Below are positions 8,430 through 18,613 of a DNA stretch of 64,000 bases, in pieces. The stretch is taken from positions 591 through 64,590 of the forward strand of contig WJLX01000012.1 in the NCBI GenBank assembly GCA_014728225.1. Reading direction: 5' to 3'. Positions within the stretch are counted from its first letter, which is position 1, and each line of letters opens with the position of its first letter. A program made the translations under genes and the position numbers. The notes beneath the pieces were generated by a model. The model was not told the origin of the DNA and searched no databases. It saw only the letters and a list, made by a program, of their open reading frames with translations. The DNA is from Candidatus Coatesbacteria bacterium. GTDB lineage: Bacteria; RBG-13-66-14.

Positions 8430-11400
8430 ATGTTCACCGACATCCAGGGTTCGACCCGGCTGTGGGAGAAGCACGGCCGGGCGATGGCCGAGATTCTCGA
8501 GCGCCACGACCGCCTGGTGGAGCAGACCGTCACCGAGTTCGGCGGGCGGATCCTCAAGCATCTGGGTGACGGCTTCTTTATCATCTTCAACGAAGGCGGC
8601 GATCCCCTGGGCTGCGCCCTGAGCCTGCAGCGGCGGATCGGCGCGGCGGACTGGAAACCCGTCGGCGATCTGCGGGTGCGCACGGCCCTGCACGCCGGCG
8701 AAGCCGAGCGCCTCGGCGAGGACTATTTCGGTCCGGTGATCAACCGTACGGCCCGGCTCTGCGACGCCGGCTGGGGCGGTCAGATCCTGCTCTCCCCCAG
8801 CGCCGCCGACTACGGACCCCTGCCCGAAGGGGCCGAACTGGTCGAGCTGGGCTCGCACCAGTTGCGCGACCTGGACCGGCCCCAGGAGATCCTGGCCCTC
8901 GACCACCCCGAGCTCCCCCTGCGCAGCTTTCCCGAGCTGCGCACGATGAGCGCCCGACCCAACAACCTGCCGCCCCAGTCGACCCCCTTCGTCGGCCGCG
9001 TCGAGGAGCGCCACGAACTGCACCGGCTCCTCGATAAGGAAGGCGCCCGCCTGCTGACGATCACCGGCCCCGGCGGGATGGGCAAGACCCGTCTGGCCCT
9101 CCAGGTGGCCGCCGAGCGGCTCGACCGCTACGACGACGGCGTCTACTTCGTCCCCCTGGCGCCGCTGGCCGACGTCGAGCAACTGGTCCCCGCCGTCGCC
9201 GAAGCTTTGTCGTACAGCTTTTCGCCCGGCTCGGAGCCCCAGGAGCAGCTGCTCAACTATCTCGAGGGCAAGCGCCTGCTGCTGGTCCTCGACAACTTCG
9301 AGCACCTGACTGCCGGGGTCGAGCTGGTGGCCGATATCAACGAGCGCGCCCCGTCGATTAACGTGCTGGCCACGAGCCGGACCCGCCTCAACCTGCGGGG
9401 CGAGCAGCTCTACACCATCGCCGGCCTGCAATTCCCCCGGCACTGGGAGCCCGCGCCCGAGGATCATTACAGCGCCCTGCACCTGTTCCTGGAGAGCGCC
9501 CGGCGTCTGGAGCCCGACTTCGTCATCACCCCGGACAACGTGCGCCAGGTTATCCGCGTCTGCAGCCTGGTCGGTGGGATGCCCTTGGGGATCGAGCTGG
9601 CGGCCAGTTGGGTGCGCACCCTGGAGCCCGCCGAGATCGTCGAGGAACTCGAGAGCGGGTTGGACTTCCTCGACACCGAGCTGCGCGATCTGCCCGAACG
9701 CCACCGCAGCCTCCTCGGGGTGGTCGACTACTCCTGGCGCCTGCTGAGCGAAGGGGAGCGGACCGTCTTCAGCTCGCTGGCCGTCTTCCGCGGCGGTTGC
9801 GACCGCGCCGCCGCCAAGGCCGTCCTCGGCGTCGGCCCCCGGGAGCTGATGAAGCTGGTGGATAAGTCCCTGCTGGAACGGGGCAGCGACAAACGCTATC
9901 GGATGCACGAAGTGGTGCGCGTCTTCGCCGAGGAGAAACTGGCGGCGGAACCCGAGCGACGGGAGAAGCTGCGCCTGGCCCATGTCGAGTACTTCAACGA
10001 GTTCCTGCAGCGGCGGCGCAAGGGTCTCAGCCGGGAAGAGGGCGCCGCTCTGCAGGAGTGCCGCCGCGAAGCCGACAATCTCAACGCCGCCTACGGTTAC
10101 GCCCTGAACACCGGCGATCGCGAGCTGCTCGCCGATTATCTCGAGGTCTTCTCCGCCTACATCAACGCGACCTACCGCCACCGCGAGCACCTGGAGCTCA
10201 GTCGCCGGGGCCTGGAGGTCCTGCCGCGACGGGACGATCGCGCCGACGGTCTGCTGCTGGCCGCCCAGGCCTCCTCCCTGGCCTCCCTGGGGCGCTACAA
10301 GGAGTCGATCGATTACGCCCGGCGCTCCTACGAGATCTTCGAGAAACTCGACGACGTCAGCAACGCCTACTACGTCATCTACCGCCTCGGCGCGGCCTAC
10401 TTCCGCACCTTTCAGATCGACAAGGCCCGCGAATACTTCATCAAGGCCCTCGAACTGGCTCGACGGCTGGACAGGCCCATGAGTCTGGCCAGCGCGCTGC
10501 TGGCCATCGGCGATATCGAGAACGCCAGCGGCAACCTGCACCAGGGGCTCGAGTACTGCAACGAGGCTCTGGAGATCAACCGCCGCGAGGGCCGCCGGAC
10601 CGGCGTGGTCAACTGCCTGATCACCGTGGCCGACATCTACAACCACCTGGGCGACCTGCGCACCGCCTACGAGCATCACGCCGAGGCCGTGCGCATCGCC
10701 GACGAAATCACCTACCTCCACGGCAGCGCCCTGGGGCGTTCGGCCCTCAGCGAGGTCGGTAACAAATTGCACCGGGGGCGCGTCAACCTCATCACGGCGC
10801 GGCGCTCCCTGGAGTTGTTCCAGGAGATCGGCGATGTCTACTGGCAGAACAACGCCCGCAGCGAGCTGGGCATCGCGCTGACCGACGAGGGCCAATACGA
10901 CGAGGGTCGCAGAATGCTCGATTCGGCGTTGAGCAGCTATCACGAAGAACGCGTCTCTCCGCTGATCGCCTACGTCGAGAGGTATCTGGGTCGACTCGAA
11001 CTCTTCAACGACGATCCCCACGCCGCCCTCGCCCACTTCACCCGCAGCCTCGAGCATTACTCGCTGAAAGAGTACTGGAGGCCCAGGCTGCAGGTGGAAC
11101 TCTACCAGGTCTGGGCCCGTCTCGCCGCCGGAGACAACCGGCGAACGCTCGCCGAGCTGGAGAGTATCGCCGCCGATTTCCACCGCTGCCTGAGCGGCGA
11201 AACCGATGAAAGCGGCGGCGTCATCGGGATCGGCCTGCACACCCTGCGGGGGCTGTCGCTGCGCTCGAGCGGCGCGGACCCGGCTGCAGAGCTTGACGAG
11301 GCCCGCCGCCTGCAGATCGCCGAGGAGAACGGTGAAGTCGACGATTGCGGCCTGCTGCTGGGGCTGGAGTTGTCGAGGGTCCTGCCCATGGACCCCGCCG

Positions 11401-11567
11401 CCCGGCTGATCGCCCGGCTGGCCGACGACGAGCGCACTCCGCGCTATTTCGCCCTCCAAGCCGCCGAGCTGCGCCGGGAACGCGGCATGCCCGTCGTCAA
11501 GCTCGAAGCCCCCGAGGACTACAACCGGGGCTACCAGGCGCTGCTGGCGGAGCTCGCCCGGCCCTGA
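8430..11567 (+). CDS. class III adenylate/guanylate cyclase fused to STAND AAA ATPase and TPR repeats
   Basis: Start at MFTDIQGSTRLWEKHG. Cyclase motifs: FTDIQGST, GDGFF, GPVINRTARL. Walker A ITGPGGMGKTRL; Walker B LLLVLDNFEHL. C-terminal TPR-like repeats. The antisense 1080-aa ORF 8391..11633 is an artefact. Confidence 0.7.
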   Translation: MFTDIQGSTRLWEKHGRAMAEILERHDRLVEQTVTEFGGRILKHLGDGFFIIFNEGGDPLGCALSLQRRIGAADWKPVGDLRVRTALHAGEAERLGEDYFGPVINRTARLCDAGWGGQILLSPSAADYGPLPEGAELVELGSHQLRDLDRPQEILALDHPELPLRSFPELRTMSARPNNLPPQSTPFVGRVEERHELHRLLDKEGARLLTITGPGGMGKTRLALQVAAERLDRYDDGVYFVPLAPLADVEQLVPAVAEALSYSFSPGSEPQEQLLNYLEGKRLLLVLDNFEHLTAGVELVADINERAPSINVLATSRTRLNLRGEQLYTIAGLQFPRHWEPAPEDHYSALHLFLESARRLEPDFVITPDNVRQVIRVCSLVGGMPLGIELAASWVRTLEPAEIVEELESGLDFLDTELRDLPERHRSLLGVVDYSWRLLSEGERTVFSSLAVFRGGCDRAAAKAVLGVGPRELMKLVDKSLLERGSDKRYRMHEVVRVFAEEKLAAEPERREKLRLAHVEYFNEFLQRRRKGLSREEGAALQECRREADNLNAAYGYALNTGDRELLADYLEVFSAYINATYRHREHLELSRRGLEVLPRRDDRADGLLLAAQASSLASLGRYKESIDYARRSYEIFEKLDDVSNAYYVIYRLGAAYFRTFQIDKAREYFIKALELARRLDRPMSLASALLAIGDIENASGNLHQGLEYCNEALEINRREGRRTGVVNCLITVADIYNHLGDLRTAYEHHAEAVRIADEITYLHGSALGRSALSEVGNKLHRGRVNLITARRSLELFQEIGDVYWQNNARSELGIALTDEGQYDEGRRMLDSALSSYHEERVSPLIAYVERYLGRLELFNDDPHAALAHFTRSLEHYSLKEYWRPRLQVELYQVWARLAAGDNRRTLAELESIAADFHRCLSGETDESGGVIGIGLHTLRGLSLRSSGADPAAELDEARRLQIAEENGEVDDCGLLLGLELSRVLPMDPAARLIARLADDERTPRYFALQAAELRRERGMPVVKLEAPEDYNRGYQALLAELARP

Positions 11568-11661
11568 GCCGTCCCGCGGCCCGCCCCGCCCATCCCCGCT
11601 CCCCCGGGGAGCGGTTCGGGGCGGGTAACACACGCCTTACGGCCGTCTACCCAGGCCCCGG

Positions 11662-11721
11662 CGCGGTTATTGCGCAACGCCCCCCGCTGCGGGGGGCGTT
11701 GCCGCGCAAGAACCGTGACGG
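11662..11721. repeat. degenerate relative of the palindromic element (variant J)
   Basis: CGCGGTTATTGCGCAACGCCCCCCGC tgc GGGGGGCGTTGCCGCGCAAGAACCGTGACGG. GC-rich hairpin flanked by GGTTATTGC / GCAAGAACCGTG half-sites. Confidence 0.5.
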
Positions 11722-11791
11722 GGCCGGCGGGCGGCCCGGGGTGGAGCGGGCGGGTTTGCCCCGGGGTGGGCGGGGTAGTACAATCGGCATC

Positions 11792-12457
11792 ATGCTGGAG
11801 TTGCGCGACGTCAGTCTGGAACGGGCCTGCGGCCTGGGCGGACCCTTCATCCGCCGGAAGCGCTTCACCGTCGCGGCGGGGCTGAATTGGCGCCTGCCGG
11901 AGCGGGGTTTGGCGCTGATTCGGGGTCCGGCGGGCTGCGGCAAGACCAGCCTGTTGCTGCTGCTGGCGGGCGCGCTCAAACCGGCCGCCGGTGAGTTGTT
12001 TATCGACGGTCGGCCGACGCGGCGCCGGGGTGGGCGTCGCCGCCGTCGGCTGTTCGCCGGAAACCTCTATCTGGGGCCGGAACCCGCGGCCTGGCAGTTG
12101 GAGGAGCGGGTGGGGGAGCTGTCCGACGAAGCCCGGGCTTGGGCCGCGGAGCTGACGGGGCTTTATCACGACGATGCAACGCGGCTGGGTGAGCTGTGCC
12201 GCTGGGGGCGGCTGGCTCTGGCCCTGGGGGCGCGGCTGGCTCTGCGGCCCCGGGCGCTGCTGCTGGATGATCCCGCTGCCGGATTGGACCCGGGCCGGAT
12301 CGACGATTTGGTGGGGGCGATAAAAAAAGCGGCCGCCGATCGTTTGGTGGTCGCGGCTGCGGCGGAACCGGGCTCGCTAGGTGCGGCCGCCGGGTTGACT
12401 TTGGTACTCGCTCAGTCGTCGCCGGGGCACTCCTCGAGCCGGGCGGCGAACTCGTAG
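11792..12457 (+). CDS. ABC-transporter-like ATP-binding protein (degenerate)
   Basis: Start MLELRDVSL. Walker A GPAGCGKTS. Walker B-like LLLDDPAAGLD. The upstream part of ORF 11345..12457 is Arg-rich junk. Confidence 0.45.
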   Translation: MLELRDVSLERACGLGGPFIRRKRFTVAAGLNWRLPERGLALIRGPAGCGKTSLLLLLAGALKPAAGELFIDGRPTRRRGGRRRRRLFAGNLYLGPEPAAWQLEERVGELSDEARAWAAELTGLYHDDATRLGELCRWGRLALALGARLALRPRALLLDDPAAGLDPGRIDDLVGAIKKAAADRLVVAAAAEPGSLGAAAGLTLVLAQSSPGHSSSRAANS

Positions 12458-12918
12458 ACAGCGTTGAGTTGACTCTCGGTCTGGATCGAGCCCGGGCGCA
12501 GGCGACGGACGTAATCGACGGCCTCCTCGGCATCCCAGCCCCGGCTGATCAGATAGGCGGCGATGACGGTGCCGGTCCGTCCCAGACCCATGTAGCAGTG
12601 GACGAGGATCGCCTCGCCGGCCCGGCGGGCCTCCTCGATGACCGCCACGGCGCGACGCAGCTCGGCGATGCTCGGGGCGGTGAAGTCGACGATCGGCAGG
12701 TGTTCGATGCGGCTGAAGGGTAGTTTGCCCAGCCCGACGCCCAGGGGTACCTCGGTCAGGGTCAGCAGGCGGCGGATACCGAGCTGCCTCAGGGCCTCCA
12801 GCTCGCGCCGCAGCCCCGTATAGGTGCCCGGCTTGCCCATGGCGGCCAGTTCACCCTCAATGTACCAGGTCAGATCGGGCAGGTCGGAGTGGGTGTTGGA
12901 GTCGCTCAAGGTTTTCAC
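12412..12918 (-). CDS. dual-specificity protein phosphatase
   Basis: CX5R active site VHCYMGLGRTG in a DSP-like fold context. Confidence 0.7.
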   Translation of the reverse strand: MKTLSDSNTHSDLPDLTWYIEGELAAMGKPGTYTGLRRELEALRQLGIRRLLTLTEVPLGVGLGKLPFSRIEHLPIVDFTAPSIAELRRAVAVIEEARRAGEAILVHCYMGLGRTGTVIAAYLISRGWDAEEAVDYVRRLRPGSIQTESQLNAVYEFAARLEECPGDD

Positions 12919-13033
12919 CTTTCGGCATTACCGTATCGTATTGCCATCGAATTGCCGCTGAGTCGCGAACTGCTTCTTATCCATGACTGCAACGAAAGTC
13001 TGCAACGAGATTAACTCATTCTGACAAGAAATG

Positions 13034-13060
13034 TCAAAAACCCCCGAAAATAACGGGGAT
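13034..13060 (-). terminator. intrinsic terminator downstream of panD
   Basis: On the minus strand: CCCCG-ttatttt-CGGGG hairpin followed by a TTTTT run. Lies in a local low-GC island. Confidence 0.5.
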
Positions 13061-13085
13061 TTACGACGCGCTGCCGCTGTGGAGC

Positions 13086-13451
13086 CTACTTGTCCTCGAG
13101 GTCGCTGATGGCGTTGTCTTCGTCGACGTAGACGACGCGCAGGTTGTAATCCTCTAGCTCATCGTCGTCGAGGAGGCGGTAGGCCAGGATGATTACCTGA
13201 TCGCCGACCTGGGCCAGGCGGGCCGCCGCCCCGCGGATACTGACCGTGCCCGAGCCGCGCTCCGCGTCGATCAGATAGGTCTCGAAGCGGTCGCCGGAAT
13301 CGATGTTGAAGACGTGCAGCAGCTCACCGGGCAGGAAGCCGGCCGCCTCGTAGAGGTCGGGATCCAGGGCGATCGAGCCCTCGTAGTCCAGCTCGGTTTC
13401 GCTGACGTTGGCGCGGTGGATCTTGCCTGTGACCATCCGGCGCAGAGCCAT
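13086..13451 (-). CDS. panD: aspartate 1-decarboxylase
   Basis: MALRRMVTGKIHRANVSETELDYEGSIALD matches the PanD N-terminus, including the Gly-Ser self-cleavage site. Confidence 0.85.
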   Translation of the reverse strand: MALRRMVTGKIHRANVSETELDYEGSIALDPDLYEAAGFLPGELLHVFNIDSGDRFETYLIDAERGSGTVSIRGAAARLAQVGDQVIILAYRLLDDDELEDYNLRVVYVDEDNAISDLEDK

Positions 13452-13567
13452 GGGACGGCCTCCTCGGTAGCGGTGGCGCTCAATGAGGTTTGACCAGGCG
13501 AAGTATAGTCCGCTACACTCGGAGTGTCAAGGCGGACCCCGCGGGGTCGAAAAGGAAGGGAAGGCCG

Positions 13568-14443
13568 ATGGAACCTGCCATTACACTGATCACGGGCTGT
13601 TCGTCGGGCATCGGCTTGGAGACGGCGCTGCTGGCCGCCCGGCGGGGCCACCGGGTCTACGCCACCATGCGTAACCTGGACAAGCGCGGCCCCCTGCTGG
13701 AACGGGCCGCGGCGGAGAAGCTGGAACTCGAGCTGCTGCGGCTGGACGTCACCGAACCGCAGAGCATCCGCGCCGCCGCCGCCGAGCTCGAAGGGCGCGA
13801 GGGCCGGCTGACCAATCTGGTCAACAACGCCGGCTTCAGCTACTTCGGCATCCTCGAACACTTCTCCGACGCCGAGATCCGCGACCAGTTCGACACCAAC
13901 GTTTTCGGGGTCCTGCGGACGACCCGGGCGCTGCTGCCGCTGATGCGTCGCGATAAATCACCCCGGCGGACCCTGGTCAACGTCTCCTCGCTCACCGGTC
14001 GCGTCGTCTATCCGCTGATGGGGCTCTACGCGGCGACCAAGTTCGCCGTCATCGCCCTGACCGAAGAGTGGCGCCACGAGCTGCGACCCTTCGGCATCCG
14101 CGCCGTCAGCGTCGAGCCCGGCGCCATCGACACCAACTTCGGCCGCGGCTCCCTCAAGCATCCGGCGGCCTACGACGGCGCCTCGCCCTACCGCGCCGTC
14201 GTCGAGACCGTCGAGAAACGCTTCGCCGCGATGACCACGGCCGAGGGGGGCTCACCGGTCACCGCCGCCCGGACGATCCTGCGGGCGATCGAGGCCCGCA
14301 AGCCCACTCTGCACTGGAGCTGCGGACCCAAATCCAAGCTCGCCACCTTCGCCCTGCGCTGCGCACCCTACAGCTTCGTCGAGTGGTCGATGCGGCGGGA
14401 CGCCGGTCTGAACAAAAAAGGAAAAACCCCGGAAAATGATTGA
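13568..14443 (+). CDS. short-chain dehydrogenase/reductase (SDR) family oxidoreductase
   Basis: Start MEPAITLITGCSSGIG preceded by AAGGAAGGGAAGG. Motifs TGxxxGxG, NNAG, YAATK. Confidence 0.8.
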   Translation: MEPAITLITGCSSGIGLETALLAARRGHRVYATMRNLDKRGPLLERAAAEKLELELLRLDVTEPQSIRAAAAELEGREGRLTNLVNNAGFSYFGILEHFSDAEIRDQFDTNVFGVLRTTRALLPLMRRDKSPRRTLVNVSSLTGRVVYPLMGLYAATKFAVIALTEEWRHELRPFGIRAVSVEPGAIDTNFGRGSLKHPAAYDGASPYRAVVETVEKRFAAMTTAEGGSPVTAARTILRAIEARKPTLHWSCGPKSKLATFALRCAPYSFVEWSMRRDAGLNKKGKTPEND

Positions 14444-14450
14444 CGGAGCA

Positions 14451-14819
14451 CTAGAAAACCATCACCTTGTCCGCCGTCGAGATGGCGTCGACGGCATCGT
14501 CCAGCCCGGCCACGGTGACGAAGTCCAGCAGGTCCTCCTCGCCGAGGTCGCGCTCACCCATCTCCGTCCGGCAGGCGAAGATCTCCGCTTTGTCCAGCAC
14601 GGCCAGCATCTGTTGGGGATTGTAACCCAGGCCCTTCTCGACGTTATAGAGCCCTTCGGCGTATTGCGGTCCGCTGCGGGCGCAATAGACGCCGTCGGAC
14701 ATCAGAAAGACCGTCAAGTGCACCGTGGGCAGGCGCATCATCCGCCGCGCCAGGCGCAATCCCGCCCGGGCGACGTCGTTGCCGAAGGGCGGGTGGGTGA
14801 TCACCAAGACCAGTTCCAT
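14451..14819 (-). CDS. DsrE/DsrF/TusD-like sulfur-relay family protein
   Basis: ~120 aa with conserved Cys (VYCARSG; IFACRTEMGERDL). Resembles TusD/DsrE. Confidence 0.55.
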   Translation of the reverse strand: MELVLVITHPPFGNDVARAGLRLARRMMRLPTVHLTVFLMSDGVYCARSGPQYAEGLYNVEKGLGYNPQQMLAVLDKAEIFACRTEMGERDLGEEDLLDFVTVAGLDDAVDAISTADKVMVF

Positions 14820-14913
14820 TCAACCTTCCAGGCTCGGGATCGAAGCGCTGCGGCTCTCGATCCCGCTTGAGCCGGTTATACGGTCCAGCAACGAAGACGA
14901 TAAAGAAGAACGG

Positions 14914-15285
14914 CTAGAGGGTCAGCACCTTGTCCGCGGTCGCCGTCTCTTCGTTGAGAATATCCATCGTACCCTTCTGGATGCCCTCGAGCATGTCGCC
15001 GTCCTGTAAGCCCCGCTCGCCCATGCAGGTACCGCAGGCGTAGATCGTCGCCTTCTCCAGGATCAGCGAGACCAGTTGCGGCGCGCTGAACGTCTGGGCC
15101 TCCAGCTCGCCGTAGGAGCCGTTGGCGTACTCCGCTCTCTTGCAGGCGCAGTAGACCGCTTCCGCCATCAGAAAGATCGACAGCTCCACGCCGGGCTCCT
15201 TGAGCAAGCGGCGGGCGATCCGCAGGGCGCTGCGGGTGGTTTCGTTGCCGTAGGGCGGGTTGGTGCAGATGATGAAGACGCGCAT
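14914..15285 (-). CDS. DsrE/DsrF/TusC-like sulfur-relay family protein (paralog)
   Basis: MRVFIICTNPPYGNE...VYCACKR...IYACGTCMGERGL. Tandem paralog of 14451..14819. Confidence 0.55.
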   Translation of the reverse strand: MRVFIICTNPPYGNETTRSALRIARRLLKEPGVELSIFLMAEAVYCACKRAEYANGSYGELEAQTFSAPQLVSLILEKATIYACGTCMGERGLQDGDMLEGIQKGTMDILNEETATADKVLTL

Positions 15286-15305
15286 GGAGACTCCTCGCAG
15301 ATTGA

Positions 15306-16871
<1,566 letters not shown>

Positions 16872-16879
16872 AGGCGCCG

Positions 16880-17704
16880 ATGACCAGCGACGATTACCGA
16901 AGCGCCCTGCGCTTCTTCCCCGCCGAACCGGGTCAACAGGTCCCCCGGGCCCACTTGCTGAGCCGTCGGGGCGAGCTGCGCTGCGGCGACTGCTGGGCCG
17001 CTGTGCTCTGGGGCGACGAACTCTGCCTGGGGGGCGATCCTTTCGGCAGTCCGGTGGATCCCGGTCGGCTGCAGGATCAGGTCGAGGTCGACATCCGCCT
17101 GTCCTGCGAGGTTCCGGCCCGCTCGCGGATCACCGCGCCGGCGGGGGAGCCGGCGGCGTTGGGCGCCCTGCCCGGGGCCGATTGGCGGGGCTTCTGCTAC
17201 ACCCCCGCCGTCTGGACCCCCCTGTTGCGCGCCCGTTTCGCCGAGGTCCAGGCCTGGACCCGGGTCGGTTTCGTCGGCGCCGCCCCCTACCCCACCCCGG
17301 AACACCCCGTGCGACCGTTGGAGCCCGGCGACGAGGCGGAGCTGGTCGAATTCGGCCAACCCTGGCTGTGGAAGTACCACGGCTCGGCCGCCGGCTTGAT
17401 CACTGCGGGCCGGGCCCGGGTCACCCTGGCGGACGGCCGTCCCCGGGCCGCGGCCGCTGTCTTCGCCGCCGACGACGCCTACGCCGAGTTGGCCGTGGTC
17501 ACCCACCCCGGCTTCCGCCGGCGGGGTCTGGGTCGGGCCGCCGCCGTCGCCCTGGCCGCCGCCGTCGCCGCCGAGGGCCTGACACCCTATTGGGAGACCG
17601 GCGCCGACAACGTCGGCAGCGTGGCCATCCCCCTCTCCCTGGGCTGGGAGCAGGTCAAGCTGACGCCGATGTACACTATCAACCGCCGCCCGCCGCTGGA
17701 CTGA
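16880..17704 (+). CDS. hypothetical protein with C-terminal GNAT acetyltransferase-like domain
   Basis: Start MTSDDYRSAL, 9 nt after the tgt stop. C-terminus AELAVVTHPGFRRRGLGRAAAVALAAAV is GNAT motif A-like. Confidence 0.5.
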   Translation: MTSDDYRSALRFFPAEPGQQVPRAHLLSRRGELRCGDCWAAVLWGDELCLGGDPFGSPVDPGRLQDQVEVDIRLSCEVPARSRITAPAGEPAALGALPGADWRGFCYTPAVWTPLLRARFAEVQAWTRVGFVGAAPYPTPEHPVRPLEPGDEAELVEFGQPWLWKYHGSAAGLITAGRARVTLADGRPRAAAAVFAADDAYAELAVVTHPGFRRRGLGRAAAVALAAAVAAEGLTPYWETGADNVGSVAIPLSLGWEQVKLTPMYTINRRPPLD

Positions 17705-17872
17705 CGACGACGCCCGCCGGGCCGGCGAGCAATGAAACGGGCGGGTCTGAGGACCCGCCCCGCGTCCAACCGTCCGCCCATTTAACCCCCTCCCGCTCCC
17801 CGCCGAGGAGGAAACTAGATTTGGGATTATCACCTGATTATGACCAAGCGCGAAGTCTGCTCCCGAGGTGGT

Positions 17873-18289
17873 TTAGCGCGTTTTCGGCGTCTCGATGGTT
17901 GAAGCTGAACGACCTTTCACGGATAAAGAGTCTGCCGTTACGCTTGAAGCCGTCGTGGTAGGCTTTTTGGCGGCGCTTGGCGTGGTCCCGGAAGTCTCGA
18001 GGCCGTTGATATGCACCTTGCCGTTGACCAAGGTCTTGTCATGGTTGATGCGTTTATGGTGAAAGCCGTTGAGCGACAGTTTCTTATTGGCCTTCCAGTC
18101 GTCGGAATAGACGATCATGTCCAGCGCGGCCTGGCGAGCGGCGGCGCGGCGCCGGCGCGTTGCGACGCCCCGGGGACGACGCTTGAACAATTTGCCGCAA
18201 CGCTTGCGCCGATACCGCCCGTCGGCGCAGCGGTAGTTGCAGCTGGGACGGTTGACGCGCCGCTCCCGCAACCCGCTCTTCCCCGTCAC
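17873..18289 (-). pseudogene. IS1595-family-like transposase remnant (internal deletion plus frameshift)
   Basis: Zinc ribbon (PSCNYRCADGRYRRKRCGKLF) fused to the distal half of a DDE domain (IVYSDDWKANKKLSLNGFHHKRINH...VHINGLE). After INGLE the motif continues in another frame (YHDGFKRNGRLFIRERSFSFNHRD). Local GC ~52% versus ~70% in the flanks. No clear terminal inverted repeats found. Confidence 0.5.
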
Positions 18290-18474
18290 ATTGCCCCCTC
18301 GTCAGTGGCGGGATGACAGACCCGTTCACACCACGGGAAGAACCCAACTGCAATAGCTGATGTTCACCTTCCGTGATGATCCCCTAGATTTACCCCGACC
18401 CATGCCGCTGCTTCCCGCACGGGCGACCGCCTCCGGTCGCCCGTGCTCGATCCGGCACCGACGAGGGCCGGCGC

Positions 18475-18530
18475 GTGTTTTTGCGCCGCCGGACCGGACG
18501 GGTCCGGCGGCGTTGCAAAAACCGTGACGG
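18475..18530. repeat. degenerate relative of the palindromic element (variant D)
   Basis: GTGTTTTTGC GCCGCCGGACC ggac GGGTCCGGCGGCG TTGCAAAAACCGTGACGG. Confidence 0.5.
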
Positions 18531-18542
18531 CCCGGCGCAGCG

Positions 18543-18579
18543 GCGACAATGGTTAAAAAACGACAACGGGTCGGCCCGC
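18543..18579 (-). terminator. intrinsic terminator downstream of ccdA-like gene
   Basis: On the minus strand: CGGGTCGGCgcggGCCGACCCG hairpin followed by TTGTCGTTTTTTAACC. Confidence 0.45.
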
Positions 18580-18613
18580 GCCGACCCGCTGCAACAATAA
18601 CCCGTCGATCGCC

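Noticed and set aside
8391-11633. 1080-aa ORF antisense to the cyclase-STAND gene. Similar long ORFs occur at 2311..3726, 5180..6355, 6886..8178, 15633..16775, 20964..22649, 22640..23809, 23784..25337, 25401..27620, 29966..33523, 34631..36442, 38502..39599, 39814..41397, 42760..44376, 44448..45773, 46205..48157, 54041..55378, 56546..58123 and 62809..63678.
   Set aside because: At 70% GC, stop codons are rare in all frames. These ORFs are Arg/Gly/Pro/Ala-rich and have no domain signatures. Each lies exactly antisense to, or out of frame with, an ORF that has clear motifs.
17818-18368. Terminal inverted repeats for the IS remnant
   Set aside because: The only similarity found between the candidate ends is a ~12-bp direct, not inverted, match, CTGAT(T/G)(A/T)T(G/C)ACC. 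I could not define element boundaries from sequence alone.
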